Source: an uncultured Bdellovibrionales bacterium (GTDB taxonomy: Bacteria > Bdellovibrionota_C > UBA2361 > SZUA-149 > DAOLCO01). From it: 37,605 nucleotides of DNA. The stretch lies in the NCBI GenBank assembly GCA_964472005.1, contig CAYYIQ010000002.1, positions 1 to 37,605 on the forward strand, written 5' to 3'. Under the pieces are notes generated by a model, which did no database searches, was not told the origin of the DNA, and worked only from the letters and a program-made list of their open reading frames with translations. Positions 17,801-26,735 of the stretch are shown in pieces. A program made the position numbers and the translations under genes. Each line of letters starts with the position of its first letter. Position 1 is the stretch's first letter.

Positions 17801-19609
17801 TTCGATCACCGTCATATCTTCCTTGACCCAGATCCAGACTCAAAAATTTCTTTCGCTGAAAGAACACGCCTATTCAATCTCCCGACTTCAAGCTGGAACG
17901 ATTACGACAGAAGCTTATTAAGTAAAGGTGCTCTAATCATTCCAAGGACCGAAAAATCGGTTACCTTGACACCCGAGATAAAAAAAGTTTTGGAGACAGA
18001 AGTAGACAATTGTTCAATTAACGAAATTATTCAGTTGATTTTAAAAGCACCTGTAGACCTTCTCTGGAATGGCGGAATCGGTACTTATATAAAATCTTCA
18101 GAAGAGGATCATTCAAAAGCTGCTGACAGAACAAATGATGATGTCAGGGTTGATGCGAGAGATCTTAGAGTTAGAATCATCGGCGAAGGCGGTAATTTGG
18201 GACTCACTCAAAAAGCTCGTATTGAATATGCGAGAATAGGTGGTCGTATAAATACTGATGCTGTCGACAACTCAGGTGGTGTTGACATGAGCGATCTAGA
18301 AGTCAACTTGAAGTTACTTTTTAGACAACCTATCTCTGACAATACTATTACAATTGAGAATAGAAATATAGCCTTGCGAGCGTGCGAAGAAGAAGCTTGT
18401 GAAAAAGTTAAAAATAGAAACAACTCTCAAAGCCTTGTCCTTAGCCTTGCCGTCAAACGAAGTCGTACTAACCTTTATTCCTATAAAGACCTTATTACAT
18501 TTTACGAGAAACTTAATCGTTTAAATCGAGAACAAGAAAGTCTTCCTTCAGATGAAGTATTTGAGAAGCGAAAACTTGCTAAAGCTGGACTTTCACGACC
18601 AGAATTGGCAATCCTTGTCGCACACACGAAGATGTGGGTTTTTGATGAATTGATGGAATCATCAATTCCAGATGAAAAGCTGTTAGAAACATTTTTGTTT
18701 TCTTATTTCCCTAAAGAAATCTCTAACCAATTTTCCACTATTCTTCCCCAACATCCACTTCGCAAAGAAATTATTGCAACTCAGATTGCAAATTCATATG
18801 TCGAAAAAATGGGATGCACATTTGCTTTACGGGTAGCAAACCAGACTGGTTCTTCATTTAATGAAATCTTCAAGGCCTACTTAATTTCCGACTCGATCTT
18901 CAATTCGAGTTTAATTTCGCAAAAATTAAAGGTTTTAGATAGACCAACTTCATCTAAGATATACCTCTCAACATTGCTCAGAATACAAGCAACACTTGCA
19001 AGCATGACCCAATGGTTCTTAAATAGCATAGATAAAAGCCAATCTTTCGAGGCCGTCGTAGAGGGCTATAAGAATGAGTTTATTGATCTATTAAATTCGA
19101 CGGATAAGATTCTATCTCCAAAAGAAAAGAACGAATTCGACGATGCAGTAAGAGATTTATTAATCAATGGTGTAGCTAAAGATGCTGCGACAACATTAGC
19201 CGCATCTTATTATGCTCCAGTATACCTAGACATAATTAAGGTTTCAAAGAAGACCGATCTACAACCGATTGAGATAGCAAAACTATACTCAAGGTTAGCT
19301 ACTGAGTTGAATATCAACAAACTAATTGATTACGCGAACAATACTACTTTAGAGGATCAGTGGGATAACTTAGCTTTGAGCACTTTAAGCGTTAAAGTCA
19401 GAGCAAGTGTTGCCAATTTATGTCAAAGTATTATTGCTGAACAAAAAGATACTAGTGAAGATTCTATCGTCAGTTACTTCCAAAAAAGAGCTAACCAATT
19501 TGAGCAGTATAAATTGATGGTTCACAACCTAAAACAAAACAATCTGACAATTTCTACCCTATTTATTGCAGCGAACATGGTGGAAAGTTTATCCTCAAAA
19601 GAGCTATAA
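14891..19609 (+). CDS. gdhB: NAD-specific glutamate dehydrogenase, large (~180 kDa) class
   Basis: 1572 aa. Diagnostic core [40 protein letters not shown], plus [16 protein letters not shown] and the NSGGV..SD.EVN.K segment. Confidence 0.92.
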   Translation: [1572 protein letters not shown]

Positions 19610-19677
19610 ATAATATTCGCAGAATGGGCGGTCTTAAGATTCCAAGTAGAAGCTGGATTCAAATAAAGTCGAGAATA

Positions 19678-20922
19678 CTAAACCGCCCACCACTTCATTA
19701 GGACTCCAAAGAGTAATGTCGTCGAAATAATAATCGAATAAACGACCATCGCATTTTCAACCTTCAATGATTCCGACTTCCTAAAAGCTAAATATAAAAT
19801 AAAAAGCGGAATTGAATATCGATGCTCAATAAGTTGAGAAGGTACTAACGCAATCGGTATCACAGGAAACAAAGCATAATAACTTCTCGCCTTCAACGGC
19901 GTAATTAAAAGCAGTCTAAGAGATAATAACACTATAATAGAGTAGAAAAATTTGTGTATCGCGTTTTCATAAAAGAAAACTAGACAACGGTTTCTCAAAA
20001 ACATTGAGATTTGATTATAGGGGTGTTCTAAACTCGAGAGGAATAAAAGAGAAACAAGCGTAATCCCAACGAGAAGAAAAAATGAATTCCCAAGGGAGGA
20101 ACTGTTCTTTATAACTCCAAAATTTGCACCGATGTGGAACGGCAGTAATAAAACAAAGTAAAGAAAAAGAAAAAAAACTGTATTACCACTATAGAGTCCA
20201 ATTACATGATTCGATCTGTCACCGATTGCAACACCACCATTTTCAACAATAAATAAAACTTCGATGGCTATAAATAGTAGTATAACTACAAACGGAGAGA
20301 TATTATTAGTGATAACTTTCTTTAAACTGCTCGGTTTAAGAGTAGGCAATAAATCACTTCGCAGCAAAAGATATAGAATTTCAAAAATTAAAAATATTAT
20401 ATTGGTTTGTCGAATATAAAACGACGCGAAATATAAGATCGCTGCCAAGACGGACTTTCCCCTGACAAGAAAAATAGTCCCCCATACTACGACTAATAGT
20501 GACAGGATATCGGTATAAAGAAAAAAATAATAAAGAAATAACGGTGGAAGAAAAGACATCTGCACGGCACGTTGTAGTGAATACTTCTGTCCTGCACTTT
20601 TCGCCAAATAAAAGAAAGAAGGTACTAAGAGAAGTGATAAAAATGTGTTCACAAATCTTAGGATAGCTAAATTGTTCGATCCCATGGAACGTCCAAAGAA
20701 TGCAACAAGTTCATGATATGTCGTAAAAGTAGTGATATAACTATATATTTCATGACTTCCGCTCATTATTAGATTTATTTGAAAATAGTGGAAATTTTCA
20801 TCTGAATAGAGTCCTGAATTCCGAACGACCAGGAAGGTAAAAAGTATAAATAGTTTTGTAAAAATCAGCCCGTAAATTTGAGTTTTACTCAAATTGAATA
20901 AACTATTTTTTTTCAGGAACAT
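19678..20922 (-). CDS. Polytopic membrane protein, probable GT-C fold glycosyltransferase (DE-x-FH first-loop motif as in the ALG10/DIE2 and PMT/ArnT-type families)
   Basis: 414 aa with about 11-12 hydrophobic segments. After the first TM comes the motif SDENFHYFQ, which resembles the eukaryotic ALG10 DEIFH.PQ and PMT DE.HF loop-1 motifs. The start overlaps the crcB stop by 10 nt. Confidence 0.4.
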   Translation of the reverse strand: MFLKKNSLFNLSKTQIYGLIFTKLFILFTFLVVRNSGLYSDENFHYFQINLIMSGSHEIYSYITTFTTYHELVAFFGRSMGSNNLAILRFVNTFLSLLLVPSFFYLAKSAGQKYSLQRAVQMSFLPPLFLYYFFLYTDILSLLVVVWGTIFLVRGKSVLAAILYFASFYIRQTNIIFLIFEILYLLLRSDLLPTLKPSSLKKVITNNISPFVVILLFIAIEVLFIVENGGVAIGDRSNHVIGLYSGNTVFFLFLYFVLLLPFHIGANFGVIKNSSSLGNSFFLLVGITLVSLLFLSSLEHPYNQISMFLRNRCLVFFYENAIHKFFYSIIVLLSLRLLLITPLKARSYYALFPVIPIALVPSQLIEHRYSIPLFILYLAFRKSESLKVENAMVVYSIIISTTLLFGVLMKWWAV

Positions 20923-21287
20923 AGCCTAATTCCCAAATACGTAAAGAATGTTCCCAATAGAATTGACGAGAACACGTAGATAAGAGCCACTGTGAAATTA
21001 CCATTTTTTATAAGAGTAACTGTTTCGATACCGAACGCTGAAAATGTGGTGAACCCTCCAAATAAACCTGTGATTAACAAGAGCTTAAGAACATCAGACG
21101 ACAGGTCGATTTTTTGCAAAAGGACAAAAAAACATCCAATTCCGAAACATCCCAAAAGATTTACGATGAAGGTTCCGTATGGATACACAGATCCTACTGC
21201 ATATCTAGATATTAGCTGCGATAATACGTATCGTAAGACACTTCCAATCATCCCACCAAACCCAACAGCTAGAACTTCTTTAACCAT
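20913..21287 (-). CDS. crcB: Fluoride ion channel CrcB/FluC
   Basis: 124 aa with four TM segments. GGMIGSVLRY near the N-terminus and GGFTTFSAF in TM3 are typical CrcB signatures. Confidence 0.88.
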   Translation of the reverse strand: MVKEVLAVGFGGMIGSVLRYVLSQLISRYAVGSVYPYGTFIVNLLGCFGIGCFFVLLQKIDLSSDVLKLLLITGLFGGFTTFSAFGIETVTLIKNGNFTVALIYVFSSILLGTFFTYLGIRLCS

Positions 21288-21627
21288 ATACAGTCTACAA
21301 ATATTTGTTTCCGTTAGAATACGTATTTAAATCACAAATTATCTATTATTTTAGACAAGATACCTGATTCGGTTTGTAGGAATCGCTATTACCCTAGCCA
21401 TGTTCAAATAGAATTTAATACCAAATAGAACTCACTCGATTTAACATCACCATAAAAATTCAGCATCTATTAAAATAGAATCTCTACAGATAATTTCAAA
21501 CATAAAAAGCCTCTAATAATCAAGTATTTAAGTAGCTTTAAGAGTTAGTCTCGATATCACACACTTTAATATTGATTTTTCAACTTAATTATTGTTTTAT
21601 GATTGAATAAAGTAATAATTAACCAAG

Positions 21628-21642
21628 CTAAGTTCGTCAGTA
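21628..21642 (+). repeat. Direct repeat copy 1 (CTAAGTTCGTCAGTA)
   Basis: Matches 14 of 15 positions with 21733-21747 (CTAACTTCGTCAGTA). The copies are offset by 105 bp, in the spacer between crcB and the 21839 ORF. Confidence 0.5.
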
Positions 21643-21732
21643 TTCTATTAATCCATGAAATGGATTGGGGAAACCGACTAGAGCAGTGAGTTTTTATTGC
21701 CATAAGCAGAATGTTTTGGGTAGAGATAATGA

Positions 21733-21747
21733 CTAACTTCGTCAGTA
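21733..21747 (+). repeat. Direct repeat copy 2 (CTAACTTCGTCAGTA)
   Basis: See copy 1. This copy forms the 5' arm of the 21738-21769 hairpin. Confidence 0.5.
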
Positions 21748-21769
21748 GTTATGAACGACTACTGGCGGA
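21738..21769 (+). promoter_or_regulatory. 12 bp stem hairpin about 70 nt upstream of the 21839 ORF
   Basis: TTCGTCAGTAGT (21738-21749) pairs with ACTACTGGCGGA (21758-21769), including two G-U pairs, around the 8 nt loop TATGAACG. Confidence 0.35.
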
Positions 21770-21838
21770 GCGCGTATATAAGGTTCTGTTACAGGTTTCG
21801 CCATTTTCCTTTGTCTGACCATTTACAAGGATTTTCTG

Positions 21839-22201
21839 ATGTCAACTACACTGGATCAAGAAGTAAAAACTGATGATGAGACATTAGCGAAAATTTTGAT
21901 TGTTGATTCTATTATGGAATCAGGGAGATCACTAGATTCGTTTTACAAAATATGTGAGCTATGGCCAGTAAATGTGCGTCCATTGCCCGAGCATCCGATT
22001 CTCGAAAGAACATTGCGTAAGATTGAAAGTGATCTTACTGAAAAACTACTAGATCCTGAGGTCAAGCAAATATTCTCCGGAGTAAGCAACGATCGACTGA
22101 TGAACACTCTACTACTGAGAAAAGTTTGGTTATACATTCCTAGATTGAGTTGTCACGATCATTTGATTGATGAGATGTACCCAGAACTCTTATCTTCTTG
22201 A
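21839..22201 (+). CDS. Hypothetical protein (120 aa)
   Basis: Open frame with AAGGA 8 nt upstream of the ATG and a hairpin downstream. I recognise no motif. Confidence 0.5.
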   Translation: MSTTLDQEVKTDDETLAKILIVDSIMESGRSLDSFYKICELWPVNVRPLPEHPILERTLRKIESDLTEKLLDPEVKQIFSGVSNDRLMNTLLLRKVWLYIPRLSCHDHLIDEMYPELLSS

Positions 22202-22227
22202 TACGGAATATTAATTATACTGGATAA

Positions 22228-22256
22228 TCTACGAGGATAGTTAAAGCCCTCGTAGA
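22228..22256 (+). terminator. Hairpin after the 21839-22201 ORF
   Basis: A 9 bp stem TCTACGAGG/CCTCGTAGA with an 11 nt loop. The trailing sequence AAGATATTATTT is a poor T-tract. Confidence 0.4.
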
Positions 22257-22471
22257 AAGATATTATTTAATACGCACTCCGTTCCTATTTAAATGCTAAT
22301 GCTATTTCTTTATTTAACTGAAACACCGAGGATTTCTTTATTGTTAGCCCTACAAGTGCTATTTAAAATTAAAATTCTCTAAAGTTACTTTAGATATTCC
22401 CATCTAAATTTACGACCGACATATTAAAATTTTAGGCGTTACTTGCCTGGCAGAAAGATAGACCACTAATT

Positions 22472-23323
22472 ATGAAAGAAATTTTAAGAAATGAATTTAT
22501 AAATTTTAGTCTAATCTTTACCGGTATATTTTCAGCAGCCATGGGCATTCACGGCTTCCTTGATGCTAGCAATTTCATCGATGGTGGAGTTATGGGGATT
22601 TCAATGCTTGTAGCTAAAAGCACTAAACTTCCTTTAAGTCTACTGATCCTACTTACGAACTTCCCGTTCCTTATTATTGCATATAGAATCATGGGTAAAG
22701 CCTTCGCAGTTAGAAGCGTAATCGCAATAATTGGCCTATCACTTGTCCTCGCCTTAGTACATTTCCCTGCTATAACCTCTGATAAAATTTTAATAGCAAT
22801 TTTTGGTGGCTTTTTTATTGGAACAGGAATCGGGCTTACCATTCGAGGCAGCGCCGTCTTAGATGGAACAGAAATTGCGGCGCTTCTGATTAGCAAAAAA
22901 AGTACTCTTTTCAGAGTTGGAGATATCATCCTGATTTTCAACATTAGTCTATTTTTGTCTGCTATCTATTTACTAGGTGTTGAATCAGCTCTTTATTCTA
23001 TTCTAACATACATGTCTGCTGCCAAAACATTAGACTTTGTAATTCATGGTCTCGAAGAATATACAGCGGTAACAATAATCTCCGGGAAGGCCACAACAGT
23101 AAGAGAAGAAATTATTAGCCAACTAGGGAGAGGAGTTACAATATTTAAGGGGACTGGCGGACTAAGTGGACGCGATCAAGAAATTCTTTACTGCGTTGTT
23201 ACCAAACTTGAAATTGGTTCATTGAAAAAATTAGTCCGAGAAATTGATAAAGATTCATTTGTCACATTCCACTCTCTACTCGACGCAGAAGGCGGCGTCA
23301 TAAAAAAGAAAGCACTCCACTAA
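22472..23323 (+). CDS. YitT family membrane protein (DUF161 membrane domain plus C-terminal DUF2179)
   Basis: 283 aa. N-terminal multi-TM region with GGVMGISML and DGTEI segments. The soluble C-terminal domain TIISGKA..VREEI...LGRGVTIFKGTGGLSG...ILYCVVTKLEI..LK..V.EIDKD.FVT is typical of DUF2179. Confidence 0.75.
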   Translation: MKEILRNEFINFSLIFTGIFSAAMGIHGFLDASNFIDGGVMGISMLVAKSTKLPLSLLILLTNFPFLIIAYRIMGKAFAVRSVIAIIGLSLVLALVHFPAITSDKILIAIFGGFFIGTGIGLTIRGSAVLDGTEIAALLISKKSTLFRVGDIILIFNISLFLSAIYLLGVESALYSILTYMSAAKTLDFVIHGLEEYTAVTIISGKATTVREEIISQLGRGVTIFKGTGGLSGRDQEILYCVVTKLEIGSLKKLVREIDKDSFVTFHSLLDAEGGVIKKKALH

Positions 23324-23418
23324 ACTATATTTAGCTATGAATAAATTATTTGTTTGATAGATTAGATTATAGATAATCCTATTTATGTCCGGTAGTGGCA
23401 TTTGATCGGTAGTTTAAA

Positions 23419-24522
23419 ATGACTAGAAAGATAATTCATGTTGACATGGATGCATTCTACGCATCAATAGAGCTTCGAGACAATCCCGAACTACTCAACA
23501 TGCCAGTTATTGTTGGTGGAGATCCATCTGGTCGTGGTGTTGTTGCAACGGCGAACTACGAAGCAAGGAAGTTCGGAATCCGATCCGCCATGTCTTCAAG
23601 AATGGCACAAAAGTTATGTCCCCACGTAGTATTCATTCCTCCAAGATTTAACGTCTATAAAGATACAAGCAAAACAATCAGGGAGGTCTTTCTATCATTT
23701 ACACCCAACGTCGAACCACTTAGCCTGGATGAAGCATACTTAGATGTCACCGAAGCTTCTAAAGTATATGGCTCTGCTCAAGCTTTAGCAGTTGAAATTA
23801 AATCTCAAATTCGCATTAAAACTGGATTAACATCTTCAGCTGGTATCGGTCCTAATAAATTAATTGCAAAGATCGCTTCCGATTATAAAAAACCTGATGG
23901 GATAACAGTTGTTTCACCTTTAAAAGTTCTTGAATTCCTAGAAAACTTACCCGTTCGAAAAATTCCAGGTGTTGGCCCCGTAACGGAACAAAAGCTAGCC
24001 GCAAAAAACATCTTAACTATCAGCGAACTTAGAAAAACTTCTGAAAGAGAATTATTCGAAGAGTTCGGTAAAACTGGTCTTTGGCTTTTTAACGCCGCAA
24101 GAGGCATCGATGAGAGGGAAGTACAAAACTCCAGAACAAGGAAGTCAGTAAGCGCTGAAGACACATTTGCAAAAGACCTTACGGATCTGGATGAGATACA
24201 GAAAAACCTATTTATCATTGCATCTAAGGTAAGCAAAAGATTGGATGTAATCTCTGAGAAAGGTAGAACGATTACTTTAAAGATAACTTTTTCGGACTTT
24301 TCTAAGGTAACTAGGTCAAAGACTCTCGCAATAGCCACATCTGATCCTAACCTACTATTTAACACAACACTTGAACTTCTTGTAAATAACTCTATTCATA
24401 CCAACACCATTCGCCTTTTAGGTATCGGGGTATCAAATTTGCTTTCTACTGAAAAAAAAGTGGAAAGCGTTTTTTCTAGTGAGCTATTTGGAACTCAACT
24501 CTCATTTGCTTTTAAAACTTAA
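23419..24522 (+). CDS. dinB: DNA polymerase IV (Y-family translesion polymerase)
   Basis: IIHVDMDAFYASIELRDNPEL, SLDEAYLDVT, GIGPNKLIAKIASD.KKPDG and IPGVGPVT motifs. 367 aa. Confidence 0.92.
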   Translation: MTRKIIHVDMDAFYASIELRDNPELLNMPVIVGGDPSGRGVVATANYEARKFGIRSAMSSRMAQKLCPHVVFIPPRFNVYKDTSKTIREVFLSFTPNVEPLSLDEAYLDVTEASKVYGSAQALAVEIKSQIRIKTGLTSSAGIGPNKLIAKIASDYKKPDGITVVSPLKVLEFLENLPVRKIPGVGPVTEQKLAAKNILTISELRKTSERELFEEFGKTGLWLFNAARGIDEREVQNSRTRKSVSAEDTFAKDLTDLDEIQKNLFIIASKVSKRLDVISEKGRTITLKITFSDFSKVTRSKTLAIATSDPNLLFNTTLELLVNNSIHTNTIRLLGIGVSNLLSTEKKVESVFSSELFGTQLSFAFKT

Positions 24523-24791
24523 TACAACACCAGATGCGTAACAATAAGGAAGCAGTTGACTTGAAAGGGCCTGCGCTTAGCGGAGACGTAAGTTCCCCAT
24601 TTTAATGCACTATTATTTTTTAACTAATCTTCAAGTTTCAATCGAAGTAAGACGATTTTAAGAAGAGAGGCTGGTTTAGGTTTGAATACTGGATTAAAAC
24701 TCAGACATTGGTCGCCCGACGATAGATAGAGCTACTCAGTTTTAGAGGTATATTCAACAATGTAACTTTATTCAAACGATGAAATACAGTT

Positions 24792-24821
24792 CGTAGAAAA
24801 AGAGTTTAAGAATTTTCTACG
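24792..24821 (+). other. 9 bp stem hairpin between dinB and the 24884 ORF
   Basis: CGTAGAAAA/TTTTCTACG with a 12 nt loop. A T9 run (24833-24841) follows only after an 11 nt gap, so this is not a canonical terminator. Confidence 0.3.
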
Positions 24822-24883
24822 CAAGCATTCTATTTTTTTTTGAAATTTTTTAATTTAAATAAATATGTGGTTTTTATAAAACG

Positions 24884-25414
24884 ATGATTGAAGATTTCAA
24901 ACCCGACATTGTAAACAATTTAAAAAATCCTGCTTTAGAATCTGCAATTAGAGCTGTATACTTTTCACCAAGTAAAACAAATATATCTGGATTTTTTAGA
25001 GTCCTCATTGAGAGTACAATGGTAGTATTAACTCTATCTGCACCAAAAAACGATGATGGTATCAATTACTCAGACGAATCTGGATTTAGCCGTTTTGATA
25101 TTGGTACAAAGATAGAGCTCGTTCAATTAAAAGATGAAAATGAGGAATTAATACTTCCGATTTTTACAGAAGCAAAACACGTTCATCGAGTTGCTGGCCT
25201 CGAAAATTTTCACGGGATGGCGATTTCAGCCCTAAATATTCTAGAAATGGCAATTGCCGCAAAGTCGGCCAAAGTTGTTTTCAACCTTGGCTCCGTCGAA
25301 CAACTAGAATTGGATCGTCCCCATATGATGGAAATTGTCAAACAATTCAGAAACTTCAACCTTCTACCAAACGATCCAATAATGAAAAACGAAAGCAGTT
25401 CTACCCAACTTTGA
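24884..25414 (+). CDS. Hypothetical protein, possibly SseB-family-like
   Basis: 176 aa. The pattern N..L..AI, F...L..S...V, then E.LILPIFTE, then VVFN.GS resembles SseB N-terminal domain proteins. The Shine-Dalgarno sequence is weak. The resemblance is judged from memory only. Confidence 0.35.
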   Translation: MIEDFKPDIVNNLKNPALESAIRAVYFSPSKTNISGFFRVLIESTMVVLTLSAPKNDDGINYSDESGFSRFDIGTKIELVQLKDENEELILPIFTEAKHVHRVAGLENFHGMAISALNILEMAIAAKSAKVVFNLGSVEQLELDRPHMMEIVKQFRNFNLLPNDPIMKNESSSTQL

Positions 25415-25471
25415 CCTTCCACTTATAAATCGTTATTCTAGAACAAAATTTGATTAAATTTCACACCGAAT

Positions 25472-25498
25472 CGTAGCAAATGTATCGCATTTACTACG
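25472..25498 (+). terminator. Intrinsic terminator after the 24884-25414 ORF
   Basis: An 11 bp stem with one mismatch, CGTAGCAAATG/CATTTACTACG, and a 5 nt loop, followed by TTTTAAATTT. Confidence 0.6.
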
Positions 25499-25580
25499 TT
25501 TTAAATTTATGCGAATTGCAAGGTGCTATTTGCGGAGTTGCCTAACTCCCGCTTTAGGTTTTTCAACAAGGAGGTTCTAA

Positions 25581-25892
25581 ATGGAACCGTTACCACTTAC
25601 GCAGCAAGAAATCGAAGATCTGTTTTTTAACGACACTTCGAAGCTAAGAAATGAAAACTTAGCCAAGCGTAGAGCAATGGCCGAGGAGCTGAAAAGGATT
25701 GGCTCATACTATGAGATGGGCCTTCTGTGGCAGTCTTTCATTGACGAATTTGATGGCGGCAAGATCAAGCCCCACCAAGCAATCACTAAGGTAGTTAATA
25801 ACCATAGTGGTGTTAACAAAGGCGTGAAGACTAACTTCTTACGGATGTTGGTGAAGCATTGTAGTAGTAACAGTACAGCGAAGAGTTCTTAA
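25581..25892 (+). CDS. Hypothetical protein (103 aa)
   Basis: Strong Shine-Dalgarno AAGGAGG 6 nt upstream of the ATG. No motif recognised. Confidence 0.6.
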   Translation: MEPLPLTQQEIEDLFFNDTSKLRNENLAKRRAMAEELKRIGSYYEMGLLWQSFIDEFDGGKIKPHQAITKVVNNHSGVNKGVKTNFLRMLVKHCSSNSTAKSS

Positions 25893-25924
25893 ACTTTTTT
25901 TGCTGTTCTCATTTAACATAAAAA

Positions 25925-25956
25925 AACGAGCAGGAATTTAAAAACTCCTGCTCGTT
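25925..25956 (-). terminator. Intrinsic terminator between convergent genes (T-tract on the minus strand, so it serves the lipoprotein gene; possibly bidirectional)
   Basis: An 11 bp perfect stem AACGAGCAGGA/TCCTGCTCGTT (25925-25935 / 25946-25956) with a 10 nt loop. On the minus strand it is followed by TTTTTATG. Confidence 0.7.
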
Positions 25957-25997
25957 GATGAAGGAAGGCACCTTGTATCGCACCACTTACTACCTAT

Positions 25998-26612
25998 TTA
26001 CAATACTGTAATACTTGTAGATGCTTCTTCCCCAAAATTCTTTCCACAGCCATACGAAAGAGAATTATCAGCAGCGCCAGCCGACAAAATATTCAGTCCT
26101 GTAGGCGACATTCCATCAACTCCCATAACTAATTCAAAATCAGCATCCTGCCTACCGTCCGGATCAATAGACGATTTCAATTCATCAGATCCCAAGTCAT
26201 AAGCTACGTAACTTTCTCCATCAGGACAGGTAAGAATATCAGGGGATGCAGTTGTTGAAGAGTTTTCGGTCACAATCCCAGTTGAATCCGCTTGATAAAT
26301 CGCTCCCGCAGGCAATTTGATAACCAAAACCACCCTCTCACCTCCTTCAAGAACCCGTCTTTCTGCATAAGTAACGTCTACTCTTAACAAAGCCGTATCT
26401 CCAACAGCAAAAGAGGGTTTATCAAGACTGATACTAACGACCCTCGCGTCTGCCGGCTCTCCTGCTGACGGATCAGCTACCGGATCCACTTGAACTGGAG
26501 TGCCTTCGTCTTGCGTATTGTCATCACCACTACTCCCACCACAACCTATACCTAAGAGCGGAGTGATTAACAGACATAGCAAAAATTTAAATTTCTTGTT
26601 ACTTACTTTCAT
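25998..26612 (-). CDS. Predicted lipoprotein, function unknown
   Basis: Signal peptide MKVSNKKFKFLLCLLITPLLGIGC with the lipobox LGIGC, then a Gly/Ser/Asp-rich linker. By eye it is noticeably more G+C-rich than neighbouring genes. Confidence 0.75.
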   Translation of the reverse strand: MKVSNKKFKFLLCLLITPLLGIGCGGSSGDDNTQDEGTPVQVDPVADPSAGEPADARVVSISLDKPSFAVGDTALLRVDVTYAERRVLEGGERVVLVIKLPAGAIYQADSTGIVTENSSTTASPDILTCPDGESYVAYDLGSDELKSSIDPDGRQDADFELVMGVDGMSPTGLNILSAGAADNSLSYGCGKNFGEEASTSITVL

Positions 26613-26735
26613 TTGACCTCTTTCTAGATAGATAAAATTTTTTTAACGCGACTAACGATAATAAAAAACTTTCTTATTAGTATATTGAGATCAAAAGTAG
26701 ATATATGAGGATAATCATGTAAGGGAAGGTCGAAG

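Noticed and set aside
21288-21838. Expected a fluoride (crcB-motif) riboswitch upstream of crcB.
   Set aside because: I read the minus strand of the whole spacer for the conserved GATGG...AACCGCC...CTGATGAT.CCTAC elements. I found only scattered partial resemblances, such as GATTCCTACAAACCG, in the wrong order. An Infernal scan would be decisive.
24523-24610. GGAAGCAG-containing, relatively G+C-rich stretch after dinB that briefly resembled the SRP (4.5S) RNA conserved loop.
   Set aside because: It lacks the full AGGUCCGGAAGGAAGCAGCC motif and the long complementary helix required for SRP RNA. I could not draw a convincing fold.
24833-24841. Poly-T (T9) and poly-A (A9 at about 203-211) runs as possible phase-variation tracts.
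   Set aside because: A/T homopolymers of this length are expected in AT-rich intergenic DNA, unlike the C10 tract at 26736-26745.
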